Source of the DNA: Octopus vulgaris
Lineage: Eukaryota
Assembly (NCBI GenBank): GCA_951406725.2
Contig: OX597828.1
Location: 21,576,001 to 21,640,000 of the forward strand
Direction of reading: 5' to 3'
DNA: 64,000 nucleotides
Shown here in pieces: positions 40,338-52,229 of the stretch. The notes beneath the pieces are model-generated. The model made no database searches. It worked only from the letters and a program-made list of their open reading frames with translations, and was not told the origin of the DNA. A program made the position numbers and the translations under genes. Position 1 is the first letter of the stretch, and every line of letters begins with the position of its first letter.

Positions 40338-40575
40338 ACAAAACTTGACTTAAACAGGATTCGAATAATCCTATCAGGTGGTGCTATTAAGTTAGACATG
40401 GCCTGGACAAATCTCTGGTCGAAACATATCTAAGTTTTCTAAGTTTTCTAAGTATATATATATATACAAACGCAGAATACATATATACGTATACGTAGAC
40501 ACACGCATATTTACATATACATATCTATCTATCTATCTATCTATCTATGTCTATATCTATATCTATATATATTTA

Positions 40576-40614
<39 letters not shown>

Positions 40615-41429
40615 ATATATCCATCTCTCTGTTTATATATATATATATATATATGCAAGTATGTATGTATGTATCCGATCTCTACATCCGGAGACGTTTA
40701 CGAAGTAATCATGTCTTGATTCTAACAGAATCTAGAAAGAACTGGAAAATATGTGATCGATAGTAGAAGCTCTTCTGTCAGCGTTCTGAGTTTTATAGAA
40801 AGAATATCTACTGTTTGGTTAAGAAGAGATCACTTGTGAATAATTAAATAGTTTATCTTCCTTAGTGGCGTAACAGTTAACGGAAGCCGAAAGAAATTCT
40901 GTATTATTTAAAATATTAAGATTTATGTATGCATATATGCTGAAAAGTTCCTGGCTTGAGGTAAAAAAAAATAGGGAGGATCAATTAATTATGATTTTAT
41001 TCACCATATTCCACTATCTGATTCACAAGGCATCGCTACGGTAAAAGACACTGCCCGCCCAAGGTGTTGCACAATGGAACTTAGCACAAAATCACATGGT
41101 TGCAAAGCCAGCTTCTTAGCTACACAGTCATGTTTGCGTCTGTAGTCGAACTTCTGTAAAACTGATTTCATTTTTCTTTTCTTCTCCATATCTGTTTTTG
41201 CTTGGCATTAAGGAGTGTCTGGATAATTCTTGCGAAAGCAATGCAAATATTTTCTGCACAGTAATCACTTCCCTACTTTATGGAGGTGAAGATTTTCATT
41301 TCAAACTACGCTTTTACAGTTTTTTTCAATGCTTCAAAGGTTCCTATAAAACTAGAGAATATCATGAATTGCAAACGTCATTGTTCCAACACTCGAGGAT
41401 TTTATCCTTTCAGTGGGAATAAGGTTCTA

Positions 41430-41470
<41 letters not shown>

Positions 41471-41584
41471 TTCCTTCCTTCCTTCCTTCCTTCCTTCCTT
41501 CCTTCCTTCCTTCCTTCCTTCCTTCCTTCCTTCCTTCCTTCCTTCTTTCCTTCCTTCCTTCCTTCCTTCCTTCCTTTCTGTCTG

Positions 41585-41644
<60 letters not shown>

Positions 41645-41684
41645 TTTTCTTTCTTGCTTCCTTTCTGCCTTCCTTCCTTCCTTC

Positions 41685-41755
<71 letters not shown>

Positions 41756-41832
41756 ACTTCCTTTCTGCCTTCCTTCCTTCCTTCCTTCCTTCCTTCCTTC
41801 CTTCCTTCCTTCCTTCCTTCCTTCCTTCCTTC

Positions 41833-41871
<39 letters not shown>

Positions 41872-41892
41872 TATTTCTTTCTTCCTTCCTTC

Positions 41893-41930
<38 letters not shown>

Positions 41931-41960
41931 GTCTGTCTGTCTTTATTTCTTTCTATCTAT
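41430..41960. repeat. Compound (TTTC)n/(TTCC)n polypyrimidine tract
   Basis: ~530 bp that is almost purely pyrimidine on the + strand. Confidence 0.95.
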
Positions 41961-42541
41961 CGTTTTAAATTCGGCGTTATGGCGGGCGCCAGCCATGACG
42001 CACGGCAATGAGGCTACCAGGCAAATATCGCCAACTTTTGGACTTTACTTGAGTACGATTCACCTTCCCATCATCTCTCGCTCTCTCTCTCCACACACAC
42101 ACATACACACAAATATATATATATACATATATATAGTGTGTAACTATATTAATTATAGATGTTGTAAGATACTACTTAACGTTGACAGGTCCAGATAATA
42201 ACAAATGTCATTTAGTAATTCAGTTGCAAATATTTGATTTCAAATATTCCCTGTGGTGATGTATTTTTTCCTTTTTAGCTTTCATCCGTCTGGTGTCTAT
42301 TAATTAAATAATAGTAACATTGCAGAGTTGATTTCGTCGACATTTCTTCACATTTGCCTTGTAAAAAGAAAGCAAAAAAAAAAAAGAAACAAACAAACCA
42401 CGCACAACCAAACAGACAAGCAAACGCTATTCAATTCATCTTATATGGAAGAAAACTGTGTTCTATTTTCATTTATATACTCATATACACGTACACACAT
42501 ATATATGCATCAAGATAAATACATAAATACAAATATGTATG

Positions 42542-42627
<86 letters not shown>

Positions 42628-42667
42628 CATCATATATAATGTATGTTTTATATATATATACATCATT

Positions 42668-43007
42668 GAAGGCGCATGGCTCAGTGGTTAGAGCGTCGAG
42701 CTTACGATCGTGAGGTTGTGAGCTCGAATCCCGGACCGGGCTGCGTGTTGTGTTCTTGAGCAAGACACTTTATTTCACGTTGCTCCAGTTCACTCAGCTG
42801 TAGAAATGAGTTGCGACGTCACTGGTGCCAAGCTGTATCGACCTTTGTCTTTCCCTTGGATAACACTGGTGGCGTGGAGAGGGGAGGCTGGTATGCATGG
42901 GCGACTGCTGGTCTTCCATAAACAACCTTGCCCGGACTTGTGTCTAGGAGGGTAACTTTCTAGGTGCAATCCCATGGTCATTCATGACCGAAGGGGGTCT
43001 TTACCCC
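42668..43007 (+). mobile_element. tRNA-derived SINE-C (other copies 3913-4214 and 63936-64000 minus)
   Basis: GGCGCATGGCTCAGTGGTTAGAGC box A, CTCGAATCCC box B, CTTGAGCAAGACACTT core-like segment. Confidence 0.87.
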
Positions 43008-44219
43008 TTTATACATCATATATAATGTATGTGTGTGTGAGCGTGCGTGAATGTATAATTTTAGTGATGTCTGCACATACGTGAATAATGGTAGTGTCTC
43101 GTAACCAAAGAAAGACTGTATCTGTAATAACTTGCTAAAGAAACCTGCAGAGTTTATTTTGTTTATAGTGATGAAATTTTTGCGCTGAACATAAGCTTTG
43201 TCCTTCCATCGAATCAACGGTGTGTCATAGGTCAGATGTCAACGTGATCGCAGAACAACGTGAGGTGAAGTGTTTTATTCATTCATTAACTCAATGCATC
43301 TTCCGTTTCGGCAATCGAAACTATTATCTGGCGAACATGAGGTCAACACCCTAACCACTATATCAAGCGCCTTTACAAATATTAATACTTATATACTTGA
43401 GAATAAATATGTATATGCATAAGTATGTATACACACACAAAAGCATAAATGCAATCACACAAATATCGATGAAGACATGAATGCATATATACCGTATTTG
43501 GCGGCGAATAAGTCACTCATTTTTCATTTCAAAATGTATCAAAAAATTACCCAGCGTAAAATGCAGACTTATGGTGTATGGGATACTGAATGTCATAAAC
43601 TAGAGAGCCGCCAGTTGTACATAAGTCAGCTCAGTAAATGTTACTAATAGTAAAATATTGAAACTATACCAAACTACTATAATCTGTTAGCACAAAGATT
43701 GCTGTGTTGCATTTCAGAAACATTTAAAAAATTAACTAAACGATAGATTCTTCAAAAAAGGAAATGAACGGAATGTTAACAAACTTTCACCCGTCAGTTA
43801 TTTACAATGAGTAGATGATAACAAAAACATAGCTGTGGTGTGCCAGCCTCGCTACCCTCGACGATTACATAAAATATCGCTGCCAGACAGGCATGCGAGT
43901 TACACAACTTCTGCGACCAAAATATTAGCAACTGTACCAAAAATTTGGTAAAATGTATGATGCGGTACTAAACATGAAGTAGATTATTTAGGATCGATTT
44001 ATGGTTTCATACATTATTTCAGTTTCATACATTATTTCAGTAAAGTCTCAGAATATTTTATTTACAAAATCGTACATTTTTCCCAGCAAACCCGTTTTAA
44101 CATAATTTTCAGTAAGTGTATTATAAAACATACTACAAATTGTCACAAAATACACAAACAAAGCAGGTATGTGTTACGCGAGTGTGTTTTGTACACAAGC
44201 AAATACAGAATACACACAC

Positions 44220-44266
<47 letters not shown>

Positions 44267-44836
44267 AACGAGTTAAATACGCAAACAACGAGAGAGAAAA
44301 GGAAAACAGGAAAGTAAACACGGGGAACATGTTGACTGTCTATCTACTCCTCAGTTCGAGCATTCAATGACAATATGAGTCTTCAAAGACAGTTTCTCCC
44401 ATAAATTCTGAAATTTAATTTAGGATTTATGGAGAGTCAAATCTGGGAACAAAAACAGTACAGTGGACGCATACAATGAAACCGAACGAAAACAAACATG
44501 GAGGGTCGTTAGACCAGAACTAGAGGAAAATAGTGACAGCTAGGAGAAATATTTTCTTTGAAAAAAGAAAAGATAGAAGACTGAGAAAGAAAATGTCCAA
44601 TCCTTTGAATGTCAGTGCAGGAAAAGAAAGATGGGCGATAGTGACGTGTGAGCAACGAGAGAGAGAAAAAGAGAAAGAAGGAGAGAGAGAGACAGATAGA
44701 AAACGGTGAAAGAGGGAGGGGGGAAAAGGGAATTAGAGAAGGGCGGAGGGAGAAAACAGTATAGAGTCGCATCAAAAAGGTTAAGATAATCTTACTTGGA
44801 AATGGATGCGTGGCGTTCAATTAAATAATATAAATA

Positions 44837-44899
<63 letters not shown>

Positions 44900-45214
44900 C
44901 GGGTACAGGACTTCACCAACTCTGTAAATAACATGAAATACGAAAACAACGAGAGAAAAAAGGAAAACACTACAAGTAAACCTCGAGAACGTCCTGATTA
45001 TTTTTAGATGGATTATATATCAATTTATCTTTGAAGCAAGTATTGATTAGGGCCTTGTTATAATAGTGGGCAGCTTTCTCGAAAATTTCTTTGACACTAG
45101 AGAGGTTAGACAGCATGAACAGTATCATTACACGTAGTCAATACCAAGGGTCTGAATCCAGTTGCAACGGTCGCGACTCAGGATCCTGTCCACTTGACCA
45201 ACGATGTACGACTG

Positions 45215-45680
45215 TGGGCCCTTGAATCCCAAGTTGTTGCAGTACATGATCCTCACCTTAGATGGTACAGTGCAGTGACGTCCAGTTCGAGGTGTGGTAT
45301 AACTCTGAAATCGAAAGTTTGGTGCCAGCCTGTCCAGTATCTTCCACACATATATCACAGTATACCTCTTCGCCCCAGGAGGTAGAGTCGTAGGTCTCTC
45401 AGTGTCTCCCGGTAACTCAGTTGTTCCATCGATGCAATTTTCCTCGTGTAGCATCATTGAATCGCTTCATGTTCTGCTATTAATCCTACACTGTAAGGTG
45501 ACCACAGCTAAGTGCAGTAGTCTAGACAGCTGAGGACAAATATCCTCCATAGGACCAGCATAGTTTCCTTGCCCTATGTTCTGAAGGTTCTGCGAATCTA
45601 TCCGGCCATTCGCCTGCACACTGCCACCATCTTCGTGATATGCATGTGAAACGAGGCATTGTTGTTCATATCAATCCCAT
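45215..45680 (-). pseudogene. Decayed ORF2 C-terminal fragment of a LINE of the same class as 37329-40337
   Basis: Minus-strand remnants ...RTFRT...LDYC..LWSP... and RYTVIYVWKILDRLAPNF...PRTGRHC...GPQ match RYIICTMWKI...PRLGPRA...GPVLFN of the intact element. Confidence 0.7.
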
Positions 45681-46147
45681 CATGTCAATCCATACACGAT
45701 GGGCTTCTTCCAGTTTCTCTTTACCAATTCCACTCACAAGGCTTTGGTCGGGCCGGACACATGTTTAAGGTGCCAGGCAGTGGGACTTGAGTCCAGAACC
45801 TTGTGGTTCGGAAGCAAGCCTCTTACTACACTGCCACACCTGCGCTTATGCATAATTATACTTAAGTCAGGAATATAACAGCTTCATTTAAGGTCTTCTA
45901 AAGAGTCGAAACATTCGCTAACTGAAGCGACAAGAACTTTTGAGTAAAAAGAGTCGGAGGAGTTTGTAAATATATACGAATATATACGTGCATGCATCAG
46001 TGAGTGTGTGTTTGTAAGTGTTTTGTGTGTACGTGTATGTGTGTGTGTGTGCGTGTGCGTGTGTATTTCTAAATATCTGTACCTGTACATATGTATGTAT
46101 ATATACACAGAAATGTGAATTTGTGTGTATATATATATATCTATATA

Positions 46148-46211
<64 letters not shown>

Positions 46212-46242
46212 TAGATAGATAGATAGATAGATATACAAATAG

Positions 46243-46281
<39 letters not shown>

Positions 46282-46684
46282 AATATATATGTATATCTCT
46301 CTATATATATATATAGATAGACATATACATATATATATATTATATGTACATATTTCCTTGGAGCCTTTTCAAAGAAAAGTGTTTTATAAACTATTAAATA
46401 TGCGTGTTCAAATATTATAAAAACACACACACACACACACACGCGCACAGACACACATATAGATGTAGGTATATATACATGTGTGTGTGTGTGTGTGTGT
46501 GCGTGTGGGTATGGTGGAATGTATATATCTATATTTATATTTGAAAATGTATTTTAAAATGTGAATTTAATTGAAAATTTTTGATATACATCGGTTTGTA
46601 ATTGATAGGATTTGACGTATATTTTATTGGCCAGTTTCTTTCAGCATATGAAAAAAGACATTGAATCACGCACACACATATTTG

Positions 46685-46737
<53 letters not shown>

Positions 46738-46741
46738 TTAC

Positions 46742-46792
<51 letters not shown>

Positions 46793-47038
46793 TTTCACCC
46801 TGTAGGTTTTTATGATAAAATCTCTATGAAATATAATTGAATTGTGGTTAAGATTTCGTATCTGACTATGTATACATATTCTTTTCAATGTCTGTATAGC
46901 TATGTAAGTTCAAACACTGAGATATTTGCGTAAATACATACAAACATACATACATACATATATGCGCAGCCCACGTCACAGATAAATATTCATAAACACA
47001 TATATGCACATATGCAGACGTCATATAGACGTATGTAG

Positions 47039-47085
<47 letters not shown>

Positions 47086-47262
47086 AATATATATATATTG
47101 ATAGAAATGGCAGAATGAAAGAGACCTCAATATTATGTAAATTGAGGAATTTATATGTAAATATAATATGCAACATCTATTCGAGTTTCGGATGTCGGGG
47201 CGCAAATTCACGACGGCATCTCGGAGTCTTATCATGGCTACGGAATAATTGTCACATATCAG

Positions 47263-47318
<56 letters not shown>

Positions 47319-48041
47319 TGTCCGATTCTAATATGTTTATAACTTCATCCGATTTGGGCAGAAGGCCATAAATCGTAAGAGAAGAGATTCCATCGATTAC
47401 TTCCATTTGTCAACTCCCCTAGATAACGACTTTTGCCAGTTTGCCGCCTTAATACTAACGATAATCCTTTTGTATTATCGACACAAATTTCGGAAAAGTG
47501 GGTAAGTTGAAAACATCGATCCTAGTGCTCAACTGGTACTTATTTATCGATCTCGAAGGATGAAAGGCCAGATCAACTTTGGACGAAATGCTGCTAAGTA
47601 ACTTGCCCTGCGTCCTAACGATTCCATTTGCTACACCGCCCTATTTTATTTGCCTAAATTGCCAAGCAGTAGAATTGCACCCGGAACCTCGCGGTTTTGA
47701 ACCGGACTTCTTAATCATTCAGCTATACAGCTGCTACTACAATCACTGTAACAACGTTCGTAGACTGACTAGGAAGGAGTGATGCTAGAGCTGTGAAATC
47801 TTGCATGCATTAATTTCTACCCTTTTTATTAATAACTGAATTGTTTCTTTCCAGGTAAACTGGTATCTGGCCGGGGAAAAAGGAAACAATGCAGGTTATT
47901 ACTTAGAATTGAAATTAATGCGTGTAAGATTTTACAGCTCAAGCATGACTCCTATGTCCGTCTATGAAATTTTCAGCCCACCCGCAGATTTATAATGATA
48001 ATGATTTCTAGTATTTACCACAGGGTAGGTGGGTAGTAGGA

Positions 48042-48257
48042 TAGGTGATGCTGAAAAGTTCCTTGCTTTAAGGCTATCGCGAAAGGCATAGTTGGAGTCC
48101 TAACCTTTGGAGCACTAATACAGAGCTTAGAAAAGCTGCGGAAACGCTGCGATAATTGTGTGAATCTGTGACGGGAATATGTTGAATAAGATCATAAGTA
48201 ACTGACACTTCCATATTTTCTTTTATTCAGAGCCAGGAAGTTTTCATCCCCCTCGTA
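48042..48257. mobile_element. ~210-bp mariner-type MITE (other copies at 2988-3203 and partial at ~12455-12530, ~40936-41000)
   Basis: Degenerate TIRs (GCTGAAAAGTTCC...GGAAGTTTTCATCCCCCTCG|TA); shares internal sequence with 2988-3203. Confidence 0.65.
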
Positions 48258-48309
48258 TTCATTATAATAAGCACCTATCAATCAATCAATCAATCAATCA
48301 ATCACCCAC

Positions 48310-48398
<89 letters not shown>

Positions 48399-48773
48399 AT
48401 GCAGTTATGTAATATTCCGTTATGAACGTGGTAGAGTACAGTATAAAGCTCGTCCACCTTCAGAATTTCCTAGTACTATCGGTAGTATTATAATACCCGT
48501 CCGACAAACGTGCTCTCGCGGTAAACACCATGGGTCTCTCAGCCGCTACTAAATTCAACCACGACGAAGAGAAATGATGTCCTTGAAGTCGACGATTTTA
48601 AACTAACGGAGATAATACTCGTATATCACCTGAGGAAACACAGCTAGATATCATTATGCAAACAGTAGCATAATCAAATACGTGTATTCTTGGAGAACTA
48701 CGTTGCGTCGAACCAATTGTAGCGAATAAGAAACAAATGTCCAACCGTATTCCTTCTTGACTCCCATTTCTTC

Positions 48774-48861
<88 letters not shown>

Positions 48862-49158
48862 GTATGTATATGTATGTATACACAAACACACATACACGCA
48901 CACACATACACCCCCCACATATATACATATATTGGGAAGAAATGAAATACGAATTATACAGAAGAGTCTAATTTGCCGAACCAATAAATGCCTCACCCGG
49001 GGTGATGTTTACCCTTGCTGTACTAGCAAGAGAAAAGTGTAACTTAACTAAATTCTAAAATTATTAATAATATTGATGCCGACGACAACGATGACGACGA
49101 CGACGACGATGATACTGACGATGATAATGATGATGATATTGACTATGATGATATTAAC

Positions 49159-49194
<36 letters not shown>

Positions 49195-49674
49195 TTTAAT
49201 GAAGATAATGAGGACGACGACAACAATGGTAATAATTATATACTGTTTATAATAAACCTGTTTAAAAGAAAAAAAAACAAAAATAAAACAAAAACAAATA
49301 GCCACACTTAACAATTGACCTTTTATCTACTTGAAAATAATCAATATTTTACTTGGTCGCCATTTCTTTCTTAAGTGGCCAATAGATTTCTTTCTTTCTG
49401 TCTTTCTTTCTTTCTTTCTTCCTTTCTTTCTTTCTTTCTTTCTTTCTTTTCTTCTCTCTCTCTTTTGTTTGCGTCTGATGTTCTTTCTCTTTCGTTTTCT
49501 GTCTCTTCTTCTCTTTTTCTCTCTCTCTCTCTCTTTCGTCTTCTGTCTCTTCTTCTCTGTCTCCCTGTCACGTCACTGTCTCTGTCTCTGTCTCTTTATT
49601 TGGTGGCCTGTCATATTCAGTCACTTTATTGAGCTCTTCATATTAAATAGCCAATTGTGTTACACCATCGCACA

Positions 49675-49732
<58 letters not shown>

Positions 49733-49771
49733 GTAGTAATAATAATAGTAGTAATAATAATAATGATGATG

Positions 49772-49843
<72 letters not shown>

Positions 49844-49905
49844 TAAATAATAACAAAGATGCTGCTGCTGATGATGATGATAATGACGACGACGTCGACG
49901 ACGAC

Positions 49906-49952
<47 letters not shown>

Positions 49953-50205
49953 CGATGATGATGATCAACAACCACAAGAGCAACAACGACAATAACAACC
50001 ACAGCGATAAAAATAATGGCGGCGTCTGATTTTGATAGAAGGACAGCATTTTTGAGAGGAAAAATATACTTAAACTGCACATTATTTCATCGACCTTGGA
50101 GGGATGAAAAGCAAAGGAGGTGACCTCGGTGGCACTTGAACTGAGAACATAAAAAGCCAGAGCACTTTCCCGATGCTCTAGCGCCTAAAGGTTAGTGCAT
50201 CAGTG

Positions 50206-50591
50206 TGGAGGCGCAATGGCCCAGTGGTTAGGGCAGCGGACTCGCGCTCATAGGATCGCGGTTTCGATTCCCAGACCGGGCGTTGTGAGTGTTTATTGAG
50301 CGAAAACACCTAAAGCTCCACGAGGCTCCGGCAGGGGATGGTGGTGATCCCTGCTGTATTCTTTCACCACAACTTTCTCTCACTCTTACTTCCTGTTTCT
50401 GTTGTACCTGTATTTCAAAGGGCCGGCCTTGTCACTCTCTGTGTCCACCTGAATATCCCCGAGAACTACGTTAAGGGTACACGTGTCTGTGGAGTGCTCA
50501 GCCACTTACACGTTAATTTCACGAGCAGGCTGTTCCGTTGATTTGGATCAACCGGAACCCTCATCGTTGTAACCGACGGGGTGCTTCCTTA
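50206..50591 (+). mobile_element. tRNA-derived SINE-B variant with a different tail; 12-bp TSD
   Basis: Same head as 21768-22116. AGTGCATCAGTG (50194-50205) and AGTGCACCAGTG (50592-50603) flank it. Confidence 0.85.
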
Positions 50592-50654
50592 AGTGCACCA
50601 GTGGTTAGGGAGGAGTGGCAGTCACGATCGTAAGAATGTGTTTTTCATTTCCGA

Positions 50655-50874
50655 AGTGGATGAAGCGTTGTGCTTTAGGTCAAACACTTTATTTCACGAT
50701 AATTACATCGACACCAGTGCACAACTGGTACTTATTTCAGTTCTATATTTAAGAGATGAGGAATTATGTACATTATTTAAATTATTTACATTTGATGATA
50801 TATGGCGTAGTGGTTAAGACCGCGGGCTACTAACTAACACCAAGATTCCGAGATCGATTCCAGGCAGTAACCTG

Positions 50875-50908
<34 letters not shown>

Positions 50909-50932
50909 TTGCTGCTACTGCTGCTGCTACTG

Positions 50933-50968
<36 letters not shown>

Positions 50969-51027
50969 GTTAGTTAGTTAATTTTGGCTCAAAAGCAAAT
51001 AAACTAACTAACTAGTAGTAGTAGTAA

Positions 51028-51059
<32 letters not shown>

Positions 51060-51296
51060 GTAGTATCAGTAGTAGTAGTAGTATTCAGGTTATTGCCTGG
51101 AATCGATCTCGGAATCTTGGTGTTAGTAGCCCGCGGTCTTAACCACTACGCCATATATCATCAAATGTAAATAATTTAAATAATGTACATAATTCCTCAT
51201 CTCTTAAATGTAGAACTGAAGTAAGTACCAGTTGTGCACTGGTGTCGATGTAATTAGCGTGAAATAAAGTGTTTGACCTAAAGCACAACGCTTCAT

Positions 51297-51301
<5 letters not shown>
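50655..51301. repeat. ~650-bp near-perfect inverted duplication
   Basis: Arms 50655-50979 and 51002-51301 are reverse complements with a ~22-nt spacer. Confidence 0.95.
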
Positions 51302-51332
<31 letters not shown>

Positions 51333-51573
51333 ATACTAATAATAATAATTCTTTCTACTATAGGCACAAAGCCTGAAATGTGGGGGGAGGGGTGCCAGTC
51401 GATTATATCTACTTCAGTACGCAACTGGTACTTAATTTAACGATCCCGAGGGATCAAACGCAAAGTCGACCCCGGGCGGCATTGATCTCAGAAACATGAA
51501 AACAGACGAAATAGCGCTAAGCATTTCGCCCGGCATACAAACGATTTTTCCAGCTCGCCGCCTTAATAATAAT

Positions 51574-51938
51574 GTGGCTATGCCAGGAGATAAACACATC
51601 ATCATGAAAGAAAGACAAAAGGTTGATAAATATGGAGACCTGAGAATTGAGATCGATAAGATGTAGCAGATAAGAAAATCAAACATAAAGGTTATCCCTA
51701 TTGTCATCGGAGCATTGGGTTCAATACCAGTCAATCTGTAAAAATATCTGAAAAACCTTAGGAAAAACCCTACAATCTAGATGTATTGCAAACGTCGGCA
51801 TTACTTGGAACTGCACTCATAATGCGTGGGAGCACTGTCTGTCTGGGGTCCTTGCTGTGACTTGACAAATTGTAGAACTCCCCCGGTAGGTACAATATCT
51901 TCAATCAACGACATCATGATATTGTATACTGTGACATC

Positions 51939-51940
<2 letters not shown>
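51574..51940 (+). mobile_element. Dong/R4 3' fragment (same family as 8140-8663)
   Basis: Decayed RLE C-terminus (KYGDLRIEI...KVIPIVIGALG...LLGTA) plus 3' UTR; preceded by TAATAATAAT and followed by (TAA)n. Confidence 0.85.
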
Positions 51941-52019
<79 letters not shown>

Positions 52020-52046
52020 GTAATAATAATAATAATAATAATAATG

Positions 52047-52080
<34 letters not shown>

Positions 52081-52088
52081 GTAATAAA

Positions 52089-52123
<35 letters not shown>

Positions 52124-52153
52124 GTAATAATAATAATAATAAAAATAATAATA

Positions 52154-52228
<75 letters not shown>

Positions 52229-52229
<1 letters not shown>

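Larger units (their letters stand above)
35570..40452 (+). mobile_element. Apparently full-length two-ORF APE-type LINE (CR1-group/Proto2-like; clade not resolved by eye) inserted in (TA)n
   Basis: ~550-nt 5' leader, overlapping ORF1 and ORF2 with no stops, short 3' UTR ending in a tandem 9-mer tail (ATATCTAAG-TTTTCTAAG-TTTTCTAAG, 40426-40452). Both flanks are TA microsatellite. The 5' boundary is approximate. Confidence 0.9.

Noticed and set aside
42668-42745. tRNA-like sequences (also 50206, 63335, 50800)
   Set aside because: SINE heads continuing into SINE bodies; no complete acceptor stem or terminator.
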